Source: an uncultured Nitrososphaerota archaeon (GTDB taxonomy: Archaea > Thermoproteota > Nitrososphaeria > Nitrososphaerales > Gagatemarchaeaceae). Taken from it: DNA of 64,000 nucleotides. Where the stretch lies: positions 1,888,001 to 1,952,000 of the forward strand of contig OY969807.1 in assembly GCA_963703285.1 (NCBI GenBank), given 5' to 3'. The translations under genes were made by a program, and so were the position numbers. Below the pieces are notes generated by a model. That model worked only from the letters and a program-made list of their open reading frames with translations, did not search any database and was not told the origin of the DNA. Position 1 is the first letter of the stretch; the number at the start of each line of letters is the position of its first letter. This document shows, one piece after another, positions 38,828-49,156 of the stretch.

Positions 38828-39215
38828 AGGACCAATAAGCATCTCGCTCCACGCCTCGGTCTCGCCCAGCGAGGACCCGGCCAAGGTGCAGGCGGCCGCC
38901 AAGAACGTCCTCGGCGAGTGCGCCTACGAGGTCGAAGAGGTGCGGGACGGCTTCATTCTGCATTCGGACGAGATGGCCTGCCTCCAGAAGATTCACGACC
39001 AGCTCAGGGGCAGGCACGTGAGGGCCGCGGCGAACCGGCTCCTTCTCAGGATGAGGGACGGCCCCAGGCTGACGGCGCTCCTAAACAGGCAGGCGGCTGC
39101 GGCCGGCGTCGTCGCGCTCTGCACGAGCGCCACCGAGTCGTCCCTGGGGCCCCTCGTCCTGCGGATGGAGTGTGCGAGTCCGGAAGCCGTCGTCGAGTGG
39201 CTCACAGCCTACTGA
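38817..39215 (+). CDS. Conserved archaeal putative RNA-binding protein (UPF0201)
   Basis: PSEDPAKV, LNRQAAAAG, LGPL; usual neighbour of the preceding kinase. Confidence 0.75.
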   Translation: MEARGPISISLHASVSPSEDPAKVQAAAKNVLGECAYEVEEVRDGFILHSDEMACLQKIHDQLRGRHVRAAANRLLLRMRDGPRLTALLNRQAAAAGVVALCTSATESSLGPLVLRMECASPEAVVEWLTAY

Positions 39216-40126
39216 GCCGCTGGGAGCTCCAGGACGAGCCCGTCATGGGCCGCCACGGTGTCGGGAAACACCCTCTGCGCCTCCCTCAGCAGGGAGTCCA
39301 CCCTCCTGTACCTGGCGCTGAAGTGCGTGAGGACGAGCCTCTTCGCCCCCGCCTCCTTTGCAAGCTGGGCCGCCTCGGGAGCCGTGCTGTGCTTCCTCTC
39401 GAAGGCCAGGTCGGCGTGCCTCGACGCAAACGTCGAGTCGAAGATAAGGAGGTCGACCCCGGAGAAGAACCTCGCCAGCCGGCGGGTCGCCCTCGTGTCG
39501 CCGGAGTAGCCTATCGACCTCCCCGGCCTCTTCGGACCGAGCACCTGGTCGGGCCTGACCCTGACCCCTCCGACCGAGACGCTCCTCCCCCGCTGCAGGC
39601 TCGACCACTTCTTCCCCTCGGGGACCCCGAGGGAGATCGCCTTCTTCGGGTCGAAGACTCCTGGGCGGTCCGACTCCTCGAAGACGAAGGACCAAGACTC
39701 TATGGAGTGGCTCGCCCTCGCGGCCCTGACCCTGAAGTCCGCGCCCCTGTAGACGTTCCCGGACCTGACGGGGACGAGGCGGAGGTCGAACGTCAGGCCG
39801 ATGTGCAGGACCTTCATGGTCATCTGCAGCCATGCGAACAGCTCGGGCGGGGCGACTATGGTCAGGGACCGTATCCTCTGGGACATGCTCATGGTCTGGA
39901 GGAGCCCCAGCAACCCGTTGACGTGGTCGCCGTGGAGGTGTGTGATCAGGACGACCATCTCCCTGTTGAGCCCCAGGCCGAACTTGACGAACCTCCCCTG
40001 CGCCCCCTCCCCGCAGTCCATGAGGACGACCTGGCCCTCCCTCCTTATCGCCACCGAGGGGAGGCTCCTGTTCTTCGTCGGCGTCGCGGAGCTCGTACCG
40101 AGAAAGATGACCTCGAGCTTTGCCAG
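39209..40126 (-). CDS. rnz: Ribonuclease Z; probable CTG start
   Basis: FLGTSSATP upstream of the track start; DCGEG, THLHGDH, YSGDT, HST, LTHFSARY. Confidence 0.93.
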   Translation of the reverse strand: MAKLEVIFLGTSSATPTKNRSLPSVAIRREGQVVLMDCGEGAQGRFVKFGLGLNREMVVLITHLHGDHVNGLLGLLQTMSMSQRIRSLTIVAPPELFAWLQMTMKVLHIGLTFDLRLVPVRSGNVYRGADFRVRAARASHSIESWSFVFEESDRPGVFDPKKAISLGVPEGKKWSSLQRGRSVSVGGVRVRPDQVLGPKRPGRSIGYSGDTRATRRLARFFSGVDLLIFDSTFASRHADLAFERKHSTAPEAAQLAKEAGAKRLVLTHFSARYRRVDSLLREAQRVFPDTVAAHDGLVLELPAAQ

Positions 40127-40129
40127 CGG

Positions 40130-41140
40130 TCAGACCCTCCTGAGCACGCTTATGGTCCGCGTGAGCCTCCTATGAATGTAAAGGTCGTGCTCCTCCTCGA
40201 CCTCGAAGTCCCGCCTGCTCCCGACGGCGACCGTCTTTGGGTGCATCACCACGAGCCTCCTCCCCTCTCCGAGGACCTCCGAGGCCGTGCCTCGCAGGCT
40301 CTCCATCAGTTCCGTCGCGTTCGAGCCGGAGGCGCTCGAGGCCCTCCCGTAGGGGATGTCCGTTGCAATCCCGTCGGCCGCTGATATGGGCGTCCTCCCT
40401 ATGTCGGCCCTGACGACCCCCAGCCATTCCTGCCCGAAGCTCGACATGTTCCTCAGCGCTCCCTTCGTCATCCTCGCGTCGCGGTCCGCACCCAGCGCCC
40501 TCGCCCCGAGCTCGTGGGCCTCGAGCAGCAGGCTCCCGGTGCCGCAGAAGGGGTCCAGGAAGACCTCGCCCTCCTCTATCCTCGTCAGGTTCACCAGCGC
40601 CCTGGACAGCTTCGGAAAGATGGCGGCCGGGTGGAAGAACGGCCTAGCCCTGGGCCTCCGCGTTATCCATCCCTGCTTCATTAGCGAAGGCTTGGTGAGC
40701 GCGAAATAATCGTGCACTCCGCGGATGACGGTCAGCTCCCGATCGGGGTCCTCGAGGGCAACCGTGCCGCCAATCTCATCGGCGAGGTCGGAGACCATCT
40801 TCCCCGAGTCCGGCCTCCTCGGGCCCAGCTCGAAGACCGACACCCTGTACGTCCCCTCCCTGAGGGACCTCAGCTGGCCATCGTCGAGCCGTCCCTCCGG
40901 GACCATCTCGCCCACGCGCCTTGCGAAGGCTATGCGCCCGGCGATCCTGTCCGTCTCGGTCCGCGAGGACGCTATGAGCACCCTCCCTTCCGGCGACTCG
41001 AACTCCGCCGAACGGTCCTGCATCCGGACGAGCGCTGCCGCCTCGGCCAGAGGGAGGGTCGTGCTCTCCCCCGAGAGCAGGAAGAGTACCTTACTCCGCG
41101 ACCGTTCTGAGGTACGCGGCGAGCGGCTCCGTTGCGTCAA
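40130..41140 (-). CDS. tRNA G10 N2-methyltransferase (Trm11-like); start uncertain
   Basis: RPFFHP, LSRALVNL, DPFCGTGS, TDIPYG. Confidence 0.85.
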   Translation of the reverse strand: MTQRSRSPRTSERSRSKVLFLLSGESTTLPLAEAAALVRMQDRSAEFESPEGRVLIASSRTETDRIAGRIAFARRVGEMVPEGRLDDGQLRSLREGTYRVSVFELGPRRPDSGKMVSDLADEIGGTVALEDPDRELTVIRGVHDYFALTKPSLMKQGWITRRPRARPFFHPAAIFPKLSRALVNLTRIEEGEVFLDPFCGTGSLLLEAHELGARALGADRDARMTKGALRNMSSFGQEWLGVVRADIGRTPISAADGIATDIPYGRASSASGSNATELMESLRGTASEVLGEGRRLVVMHPKTVAVGSRRDFEVEEEHDLYIHRRLTRTISVLRRV

Positions 41141-41981
41141 CCTTGCTGACCTTGCTCGGGACGGTGTTGGTCCCTATTATCTCGTCCACGCCCGCCTCCA
41201 TGAGCCTTTCGTAGGCGTCGCCGACGAGCAGCGGGTGGACGCACCCCACGACCACCTTGGATGCCTGGGCCCTCCTGAGTATCCCGGCGGCTGCGAGTAT
41301 GGTCCCGCCCGTCGAGATCGTATCGTCGATCACGATGGCGTCCCTCCCCCTGACCTTCAACTCACCCGCGTCCATCTTCACGCTACCCGTGACACGGTCC
41401 CTCTCCTTGGCGAACTGCATATGCTCGGCCCCGTAGAGCGTCGCGAAGGCCTCCGTCCGTTTCGATGACCCAAAGTCCGGAGATATCACGACGGGGTCGG
41501 AGAGCTTCAGGTTCTTCTTGATGTACTGCGCGAGGCTCGGAATCGCCGAGACGCTGTAGGTTGGCATCGCAAATAGGGCGAGCCCCTCCGCCGAGTGGAT
41601 GTCGACGGTCGTGACGCGCATGACCCCGCAGGACCGGAGGAGGTGCGAGATGACCCCCAGGCTCACGACCTCTCCCGGCATGAACTGCTTGTCCTGCCGG
41701 GCGTATCCCATGTAGGGGATCACGGCGTGGACCTTGGCGCCCTCCTGCGTAAGGTGGTGCGCCGCCAGGAAGAGCTGCATGTAGTTCCTGTCCACGGGTG
41801 GATACGTCGACTGGACGAGCAGGACCGTCGTCCCCCTGACCTCTTCTTCGAACTTGAACCTCGTCTCGGTGTCGGAGAACTGCTTGACGGTAACGGAGAG
41901 GAGGGGTAAGCTCAGGCGTCTCGCGAGGGCGTTGCCGAATTCCTCGCTGGCCGGTCCTGAGAAGACGAGCCTGTCGGTCAA
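41091..41981 (-). CDS. prs: Ribose-phosphate pyrophosphokinase
   Basis: PYMGYARQDK, VDIHS, SPDFG, IDDTISTGGT. Confidence 0.95.
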   Translation of the reverse strand: MTDRLVFSGPASEEFGNALARRLSLPLLSVTVKQFSDTETRFKFEEEVRGTTVLLVQSTYPPVDRNYMQLFLAAHHLTQEGAKVHAVIPYMGYARQDKQFMPGEVVSLGVISHLLRSCGVMRVTTVDIHSAEGLALFAMPTYSVSAIPSLAQYIKKNLKLSDPVVISPDFGSSKRTEAFATLYGAEHMQFAKERDRVTGSVKMDAGELKVRGRDAIVIDDTISTGGTILAAAGILRRAQASKVVVGCVHPLLVGDAYERLMEAGVDEIIGTNTVPSKVSKVDATEPLAAYLRTVAE

Positions 41982-42069
41982 CTCGCAAACGAGCTTCTTT
42001 CATAGCTTATTTAACGAATTGTCCCCCGCCGACCAGAACGGTTAGCCAAAAACACCAAAGACTTAATGT

Positions 42070-42318
42070 ATGGGAAGTTCGACGTTGTCATTGAGCGGCT
42101 TGGATCAAATTTGTCCCGAGTGTGGTGGTCCGATTCTCTTTGACGCGGTCAACAAGCGATTCTCCTGCAAGAGCTGCGGCCTCTTCCTTACGAGGGAGCA
42201 GCTCTCCGACCTGAGGTTCAAGCTAAGGAACACCACCCCAGACGACATGCGGAAGAAGCAGAGGCAGCAGGCAGACTACCTCGACTGGTGGCTGAAGGAC
42301 AAGAAGGACAAGAAGTGA
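42070..42318 (+). CDS. Small zinc-finger protein
   Basis: CPECGG...CKSCG; C-terminal DYLDWWL. Confidence 0.7.
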   Translation: MGSSTLSLSGLDQICPECGGPILFDAVNKRFSCKSCGLFLTREQLSDLRFKLRNTTPDDMRKKQRQQADYLDWWLKDKKDKK

Positions 42319-42327
42319 CCGCGCCGC

Positions 42328-42777
42328 TCAGGCGCCCTTACTATCCTTCATGAGATCTGCGTACTTGCGCGCCACCAGCTTCGTGTTCGCGGTCGCGTCC
42401 AGCTTCTCGACCGCGGGGGGGTCGAACCAGGCGAACTCGTAGGACTCGTCGTTCAGGATTACCCTCTCACCAAGAGGCTTCATGAGGTAGTCGATCAGGA
42501 CGAAGTGGAACCTCACCCTTCCCTCCTCGTCCCTGACCACCTCGTTGGCGACCTGCAGCAGCCGCTCGACCTCCACGTCCAGCCCCAGCTCCTCCTTCAC
42601 CTCGCGCATCGCTCCTTCCTGAGGGTCTTCCCCGACCTCGAGTCTCCCTCCGGGCGGTGCCCACTTCCCGCTGTTCGGCTCGAACCTCCTTCTGATGAGG
42701 AGGACCTTGCCGTCCCTGTGGATGAATCCGCCCACCCCCACCATGGGGTGCTCGGGGTACTCCCTCCCGCTCCGCAA
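42328..42777 (-). CDS. NUDIX hydrolase
   Basis: Nudix box GGRLEVGEDPQEGAMREVKEELGL. Confidence 0.9.
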   Translation of the reverse strand: MRSGREYPEHPMVGVGGFIHRDGKVLLIRRRFEPNSGKWAPPGGRLEVGEDPQEGAMREVKEELGLDVEVERLLQVANEVVRDEEGRVRFHFVLIDYLMKPLGERVILNDESYEFAWFDPPAVEKLDATANTKLVARKYADLMKDSKGA

Positions 42778-42833
42778 TTCGTGCTCACGCTGTCGAAGAA
42801 CGTATTTACGTTTCGTCCTGGGTGCGAACCAGG

Positions 42834-43667
42834 ATGGTCTCGGTTTCCAGCCTCTGCGTCGGGAAGGAGCTCCTCATAGGAAAGACGACGAACACAAACG
42901 CCACCTGGATTGGATCGAGGCTCTTCGGGATCGGGACGATGATCGACAGGATCCTGACCGTCACCGATTCGCTGGGGGAGATCTCCTCTGGCCTGCTTGA
43001 ACTCCTGGAGAGGAAGCCCGACTTTGTGATAGTGGTCGGCGGGCTCGGCCCGACTCCCGACGACATGACGCTGAAGGGGGTCGCGCGGGCCCTTGGCAAG
43101 AGGGTGAAGCCCAGCAGCGCGGCGCTCCAGCTCGTCAGGGAACACTACGTCAGGACCGGGAGGGGCGAGATGGAGATGACCCCGGCCCGCAGGAAGATGG
43201 CGACGCTCCCGGAGGGCAGCACCCCCCTGGTCAACGAGGCGGGGACGGCTCCCGGTGTGAGAATCGAGAGCGGTCGTACTGTCATCTTCTGCCTCCCCGG
43301 CGTCCCGCGCGAGATGAAGAACATCTACCTCCACTCCGTCCATCCCGAGATTCTACGGAAGACAGGGCGGCTCTTCACCTCGAAGGTGGTCATGCACGTC
43401 CAGGGCGTCTTCGAGTCGACCATCACGCCCGACATAGCGGAGGCCCTGAGGCAGCACCCCTCGGCCTACATCAAGTCTCACCCGAAGGGCCTCCTGGAGG
43501 GCAAGTCCCACGTCGAGCTCGACCTCGTCGTTGTCGGGCCTGACCGAGCGAAGTCGGAATCCGAGTGTACCGCCATAGCCCAGTACTTTGCGGAGCGAGT
43601 GGCCCGCGCCGGCGGTACGATCCTCCGACAGACGAGGACGAACCTGCATCCGCGCGCCAAGTTATAG
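42834..43667 (+). CDS. CinA N-terminal / MoCF-biosynthesis domain protein
   Basis: GKELLIG..NTNA, GGLGPTPDDMT, GTAPG, LPGVPREM. Confidence 0.85.
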   Translation: MVSVSSLCVGKELLIGKTTNTNATWIGSRLFGIGTMIDRILTVTDSLGEISSGLLELLERKPDFVIVVGGLGPTPDDMTLKGVARALGKRVKPSSAALQLVREHYVRTGRGEMEMTPARRKMATLPEGSTPLVNEAGTAPGVRIESGRTVIFCLPGVPREMKNIYLHSVHPEILRKTGRLFTSKVVMHVQGVFESTITPDIAEALRQHPSAYIKSHPKGLLEGKSHVELDLVVVGPDRAKSESECTAIAQYFAERVARAGGTILRQTRTNLHPRAKL

Positions 43668-43691
43668 GAAGGGAGACCGTCAGGTGCTGCG

Positions 43692-44450
43692 ATGAACATC
43701 GTCTACGTCACCGGCACCGCGGGCTCGGGGAAGTCCCTCCTCACGTCCTCCATCGTGAGCTGGTACAGGGAGAAGTCCCAGGACGCGATTTCGGTAAACC
43801 TCGACCCCGGGGTCCTCGCGCTACCCTACGACCCCGATGTCGACATCAGGAACTACGTCGACATACAGCAGATAATGACGGACTACTCCCTCGGCCCGAA
43901 CGGCGCGCTGATATTCGCCAACGACCTCATCGCGAGCAAGCTGTCAGAGGTCCAGGAAGAGATCGACTCCACCACCGCCGACTTCGTGGTCGTCGACACC
44001 CCCGGACAGATAGAGCTCTTCGCCTTCCGGGAGAGCGGGCCCTTCATCGCCAAGGGCCTCCAGGCCGACTCGAAGGTGCTGCTTTTCCTGATGGACTCCC
44101 TCGTCGCGTCTTCCCCGACCAGCTTCCTGTCCCTGGTGCTCCTCTCGACCTCGGTCCAGCTGAGGATGGGGCTCCCCCAAATCCAAGTGCTCTCCAAGAC
44201 CGACCTTGCGGCGGAGATGGCCCGGGAGGTGGTCAGGTGGTCGAAGGACCCGGTCGCGTTCGAGGAGGCACTATCGAAGCTCAAGTCCGGGGACGACTAC
44301 TCCTTCTACACACAACTCTTTCGAGGTCTGAGGAAGTCTTCCCTCTCGCTCGGGCTCTTCCCCGTCTCCTCCTACACCAGGGACGGGTTCATCGGGCTGA
44401 TAGGCGAGTTCGCCCGGACGTTTGGGGGCGGCGAGGAGTACGAGGAGTGA
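43692..44450 (+). CDS. GPN-loop GTPase
   Basis: GTAGSGKS, NLDPG, LGPNG, DTPGQIE. Confidence 0.92.
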   Translation: MNIVYVTGTAGSGKSLLTSSIVSWYREKSQDAISVNLDPGVLALPYDPDVDIRNYVDIQQIMTDYSLGPNGALIFANDLIASKLSEVQEEIDSTTADFVVVDTPGQIELFAFRESGPFIAKGLQADSKVLLFLMDSLVASSPTSFLSLVLLSTSVQLRMGLPQIQVLSKTDLAAEMAREVVRWSKDPVAFEEALSKLKSGDDYSFYTQLFRGLRKSSLSLGLFPVSSYTRDGFIGLIGEFARTFGGGEEYEE

Positions 44451-44642
44451 ACAGAAGTCGCATGCGATCGTCTCATCCCAGAGCTAGTCGTCCGCGCTCA
44501 GAGATTTTCATCCCCGATCAATGTCGGTGAAGCCTTCATGACGCAATGAGCTCTAGACGGGCACCAGCTCTCGGCAGACCCGCGAAAGCGTCACCCATCC
44601 TCTTCTGCTTCCTGGCGAAGAGTCTTCGCTCCGGTCAGTTCC

Positions 44643-45044
44643 TTACTTGTGGAGCTTCTTGGACGTCCACTGCCCCTTTTTCGCAGGTTCGATTCCCCAG
44701 CTCACCGAAACGCGAGGGGTGATGCGGATGTACTTCCCCTTTCCGAAGATTCCCTCGTGATCCACGACGTCGGCTGTCCCGAGGACCTTCAAGCCGCGCA
44801 CCTTCCACGGGTCCACAGATACCTGGTCGTCCACGACGAGGGAGACGCGCGCGTTCCCTCTTGCGATGTTCTTGTATCTCTGAGTCATGGGGAAGAAGGC
44901 CGGGTCATGGGTTCCTATGTAGAAGTGCTTACCGTCCCACTCGAAGCCCACGGGCGATACCTCGGGCTGACCCTTGGGAGACACCGAAGCGACCCTGGCG
45001 AGACGCTGCGTCTTCAGGTATTCAGTTTCGAGCTTGGATAACAC
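44643..45044 (-). CDS. PPOX-class (F420/FMN-binding split-barrel) oxidoreductase
   Basis: LARVASV...QPEVSPVGF...VSLVVDD...PW..RG. Confidence 0.8.
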   Translation of the reverse strand: MLSKLETEYLKTQRLARVASVSPKGQPEVSPVGFEWDGKHFYIGTHDPAFFPMTQRYKNIARGNARVSLVVDDQVSVDPWKVRGLKVLGTADVVDHEGIFGKGKYIRITPRVSVSWGIEPAKKGQWTSKKLHK

Positions 45045-45109
45045 GTCTTGGCAGAGCTCCAGCAGAGTTCTAAAGCATTTGACAGTGGAGAGAAGCTGAT
45101 GGCGCCCTG

Positions 45110-46549
45110 CTACGACATCGATTGCTCTAGGACGAGCTTGTTGGCCCTCTTGCCCATGACTTCCTGGGCGAAGAGCGAGACCACCAGCGTCACGGCGAAG
45201 CCGGCGACCGCGATGTAGTAGGCATACTGAAATGCCGCCGCCGTAGGAAGCGAGACGGTCTGGCCTCCGATGACGGCTGTGATCGCGAATGTTGACATGA
45301 GCGACCCCGCCACCGGGGCCCCTAGGCTCGAGCCGATGTTCCGGAAGACGGTGTTCAGAGACGTCGTGAGGCCCATCTCCCTCCTCCTGACCGAGAGGAC
45401 CAGGAGGTTCTGGCTAGCCACAAGAAGCATACCCAGCCCGGCCGACGCGATCACCAGATACACGGCTATCAGGTTCGACGAAGACGCCGAGGAGATGAGG
45501 AAGAACCCTAGCGCGCCCAGAACGCACCCGAGATACAGGAAGGGCTTCGTGCCGTACGTCGGCGTCAGTCGACCCACCGGGATTGCGACGACTAGTATGG
45601 CGACGGCCAGCGGGAGAAGATAGATACCGGTGGTCAGGATGTCGTAGCCGAATCCGGCCGGCTTCGGCAGCTCCAGCTTGAAGGTAATCGCCTGGAAGGC
45701 GATGAAGAGGGCCGCCCCGGATGCGACTCCGATGACGTTCGAGACCATGACGTTCCTCACGGCGAGGAGCTTGAGGTTGAGGATTGGTTCGAGAATCCCT
45801 CTCTCGTAGAAGACGAGAGGAATCAGGAGTATCGAGCCGCCGAAGACGAGGCCGAGCACAGAGGGCGACGTCCACCCCCAGGTCGACCCCTCGGAGAGGC
45901 CGAAGACGACCGCCCCGAGCGTCACGCCGAGCCAGACCGCCCCGACGTAGTCGAGCTTCGCGTTGGGGTTCGTGACGGAGGATTCCTTTACGGTGAAGAA
46001 GATCAGAGCCGTCAGGACCACGATGAAGGGGAGCGCAAGGTGGTAGTTCGCCTGCCAGCCGTAGGAGTTCGCGATGAGGGCGCCCAGCGGGAGACCAAAG
46101 GCGGCCCCGGCGCCGAACATCGCGCTGAGTATCCCCTGAGCCCGCGGGACCATCTCCCGGGGAAACTCCTCCCTCACCAGGCTGAAAGCGAGCGGGAAGA
46201 TTCCGAGCCCTATGCCCTGCACGGTCCTCGAGAGGAGGAGGACCGTGAAGTTCGAGGCGAATGACGTGACGGCGACCATGATGCAATAGATGACCAGGAC
46301 GTAGATCAGAATCCGTTTCTTTCCAAGTATGTCGCCCAACTTCCCTATGACGGGGTTCACCGCCGTCCCGAAGACGGTGTAGAGCGAGATCACGAGCGTC
46401 ACTTCAGCGATGCTCACGTTGTACTGGTCTGCTATCTTCGGAAGCGATGGGGTGAGCATTATGTCGACGAAGAGGACGAAAGCTGCCAGAAGTGCGAAAA
46501 GCACTATGACCCTGTTCGCGTACGACTGGTCGAAGGCGGGTTTTTCCAG
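45110..46549 (-). CDS. MFS transporter; probable CTG start
   Basis: GKLGDILGKK motif A; many TM helices; frame extends to CTG 46549 shortly after an in-frame stop. Confidence 0.88.
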   Translation of the reverse strand: MEKPAFDQSYANRVIVLFALLAAFVLFVDIMLTPSLPKIADQYNVSIAEVTLVISLYTVFGTAVNPVIGKLGDILGKKRILIYVLVIYCIMVAVTSFASNFTVLLLSRTVQGIGLGIFPLAFSLVREEFPREMVPRAQGILSAMFGAGAAFGLPLGALIANSYGWQANYHLALPFIVVLTALIFFTVKESSVTNPNAKLDYVGAVWLGVTLGAVVFGLSEGSTWGWTSPSVLGLVFGGSILLIPLVFYERGILEPILNLKLLAVRNVMVSNVIGVASGAALFIAFQAITFKLELPKPAGFGYDILTTGIYLLPLAVAILVVAIPVGRLTPTYGTKPFLYLGCVLGALGFFLISSASSSNLIAVYLVIASAGLGMLLVASQNLLVLSVRRREMGLTTSLNTVFRNIGSSLGAPVAGSLMSTFAITAVIGGQTVSLPTAAAFQYAYYIAVAGFAVTLVVSLFAQEVMGKRANKLVLEQSMS

Positions 46550-46558
46550 GGCCGAGAA

Positions 46559-46801
46559 TCACGCTCCCCCAGGGTGAACGGCCGGGTTCGAAGACAATCC
46601 GCGCGACCCGGAGAACGCGCCGATCATTATCAGTACGAGCCCGAAGGCGACGACCGCGATTCCAACGTAGATGTATGTTGGGTTACCGCTCATCAATGCG
46701 CTTCCTCCTATGATGTTGTCACCCTGGAGCGCGAAGACCGTCCCGATGAGGACGAGGAGAATCCCCAGGATTATCGATACTCGTCTGAGCGCCGACACCA
46801 T
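46559..46801 (-). CDS. Small two-TM membrane protein
   Basis: Two hydrophobic helices, FALQG...GSALMSG; TATA-like TTTATT upstream. Confidence 0.65.
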   Translation of the reverse strand: MVSALRRVSIILGILLVLIGTVFALQGDNIIGGSALMSGNPTYIYVGIAVVAFGLVLIMIGAFSGSRGLSSNPAVHPGGA

Positions 46802-47077
46802 CTCGGGGCGGAGACTTGCTCAATAAAAGACTATCGGACGCCCAATACCCTCGCAGGATTGGAATGAACGTAAAGCGCTCCCTCTATTGTTGCGATTTTT
46901 CCGCATGCAACACCGATAAAACGAGATTTTTGCTCCTCTCGAGGGGTTTTGGGAGCGGAGAAGAGTATGAGCAGTGAACGAGAGCTCCGCGTCAAGGTTG
47001 CATTCCAAGGCGTCTGCGGAGTGGTAACCCGTTAAAGCAAGTGCTGAGGGGGGTCTACCGGGGGAGAGATGTTAGAG

Positions 47078-47389
47078 ATGACGATGTTGGTGGAACCGCC
47101 GAGGCCGACCGGGACGTCCTATTTCACATGCTCGGAGGGTCACAGGTTCAGTCTGCCGATAATCACGTGGGAGAGTACGATTTTCCTTCACTACTTCAAG
47201 TCTCAGCGCGAGAGATTCGCCTGCCCTGTCTGCTGGGGCGGCGGCCATAAGCTTCCTGGCTACGAGATCTTCACCAAGAAACCGAAGACCGTGACGCTCC
47301 TGCCCGAGAACACTCGGGTCGACTGGGTGCACCGCGGTCAGCACTACGATTGCGGCCTGTGCACCTACATCAGCCAGAGCCACGATTGA
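47078..47389 (+). CDS. Putative zinc-binding protein
   Basis: CSEGH, CPVC, HYDCGLC. Confidence 0.5.
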   Translation: MTMLVEPPRPTGTSYFTCSEGHRFSLPIITWESTIFLHYFKSQRERFACPVCWGGGHKLPGYEIFTKKPKTVTLLPENTRVDWVHRGQHYDCGLCTYISQSHD

Positions 47390-47463
47390 ATCTCAAGTCC
47401 TAGCTGAGATTGTGCTGGTTCAGTGCCAGGGTCCTAGGGAGCAGAAAGCTCGGAGGACGGCCA

Positions 47464-47712
47464 CTACCTCGTCTCCCTAGTGTACGTCAGCCCCTCGACC
47501 TGCACGCGGTAGCCCTCTATCTTCGTGATCCTGTTCGCTATGTTCGGCTGCGCCCAGAAGTTCACGGGGTCCATGTAGTCCATGTCCCACTCGACGATGT
47601 TGCCGCACCTGCACCTGTAGCCATAGAGCTTCTCGCCCACACGCCTCGCCTTGAACATCGAGACGGCGAAGAGAGTCAGGCACCTGGGGCACTCGAGGAG
47701 GACGCTGTTCAT
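47464..47712 (-). CDS. Putative zinc-ribbon protein
   Basis: CPRC...CRCG; host-like codon usage. Confidence 0.5.
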   Translation of the reverse strand: MNSVLLECPRCLTLFAVSMFKARRVGEKLYGYRCRCGNIVEWDMDYMDPVNFWAQPNIANRITKIEGYRVQVEGLTYTRETR

Positions 47713-48085
47713 GTGATTGTCACACACTCTGCCAGCGCCTGGGCGGCAGGACCAGCATCGCGGTCGTGCTGTCTCGGTGCATCGCGCAGTCTTCGGGTCT
47801 AGATCTGGAGATGTAATCGCTCTTGGAGTCGGTCAAGGAATTGCGCCGCGCCGCGGTAAGCTATAATCGCGGAGCGGAATGGAGGCATTTTAGCCGGGAG
47901 AGAGTTGGATGAAAGTAATCTGTGGAATCGACAAGTCTTCAGATTGAGAACCATGTGATTCTCGAGCCCGCAGGGCAGCCGCAGGGATAGCTGCGAGGAA
48001 CACGTTACGTGCTGCGAAATTATAGTTGAGCCCTGGGACGATGATAACAGAAGCGCAGCTAAAACTGCGAGCCTAACACTTAAGA

Positions 48086-49156
48086 ATGTCCCAGCGCACA
48101 CCATCGCTGTTGACTTTCCGATTCAGCGGCTGTTACACCGCGACGATTACCCCCTTCGACTCGGGGCGGTCCGTCGACTGGCGCGGCCTCAAGACCCTTG
48201 TCGAATTCCAGAAGTCCCAGGGCATCACCGGGATCGTCCCGGCCGGTACGACGGGGGAGAGCCCGACCCTCACGTGGGAGGAGCACAACAGGGTCATCGA
48301 GACCGTCTTCGACGCTGCGGGGCCGAACTTCGAGACCATCGCGGGCACCGGCTCCAACAGCACCGACGAGGCCCTGGAGGCGACGCGGCACATCGCCCAC
48401 TGGGGCATCAAGACCGCCCTCCTCGTTGATCCGTACTACAACGGCCCGAGCTCGCTCGAGATCAGGCGCGAGTACTACGAACCCATAGCGGAGGCCTTCC
48501 CCGACGTCCAGCTCATCCCCTACATCATCCCCGGGAGGACCGGAGCGCAGCTACTGCCTCAGGACCTCGGGATACTCTCGGCCAACTACCACAACATCAG
48601 CGCCGTGAAGGAGGCCACCGGGAACTTCGACAACGCGAGGCTGACCAGGAACTACTGCGGTCCCGAGTTCTCGATAATCTCGGGCGACGACGACAGGACA
48701 CTCTCCCTGATGAGCGACCAGGCGATAGCCTGTTCCGGCGTTATCTCCGTCGTCTCGAACATCGCACCCAAGGCGGTCCAGGGCATGGTGCAGGCCGCAC
48801 TCAGGAGTGACTGGAACGAGGCCCAGAGGCTCGCCACCGTCCTCCAGCCCCTCTTCGGCCTAGTCACTGTGAAGACCGAGGAGTCCACGAAGTACGGCCC
48901 GGTCACCGTCAAAGCCAGGAACCCCCTCCCCGTGAAGACGATGATGCAGGTCCTCGGCATGACGAGCGGGCCCTGCAGGAGCCCCCTGGGGCGCGCGACG
49001 AAGGGAGCCCTGGACATCATGCTCCGTTCGCTGAGGGCCGTCTGGGCCTCGAACCCGGAGGTGCTCGAACCCATCGAGGGGTTCTTCGACGTCTCACTGG
49101 GCGACCGCCTTCAGATGCCCCAGTACTGGGAGAGCCTGACCTATGCCGGATACTAA
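48086..49156 (+). CDS. dapA: 4-hydroxy-tetrahydrodipicolinate synthase
   Basis: GTTGESPTL, GTGSNST, PYYN, YIIPGRT, VKEATG, SGDD; coupled to dapB. Confidence 0.88.
   Translation: MSQRTPSLLTFRFSGCYTATITPFDSGRSVDWRGLKTLVEFQKSQGITGIVPAGTTGESPTLTWEEHNRVIETVFDAAGPNFETIAGTGSNSTDEALEATRHIAHWGIKTALLVDPYYNGPSSLEIRREYYEPIAEAFPDVQLIPYIIPGRTGAQLLPQDLGILSANYHNISAVKEATGNFDNARLTRNYCGPEFSIISGDDDRTLSLMSDQAIACSGVISVVSNIAPKAVQGMVQAALRSDWNEAQRLATVLQPLFGLVTVKTEESTKYGPVTVKARNPLPVKTMMQVLGMTSGPCRSPLGRATKGALDIMLRSLRAVWASNPEVLEPIEGFFDVSLGDRLQMPQYWESLTYAGY

Noticed and set aside
47730-48085. Lysine riboswitch upstream of dapA
   Set aside because: Only short hairpins; no recognisable L-box consensus. An Rfam/Infernal scan would be decisive.
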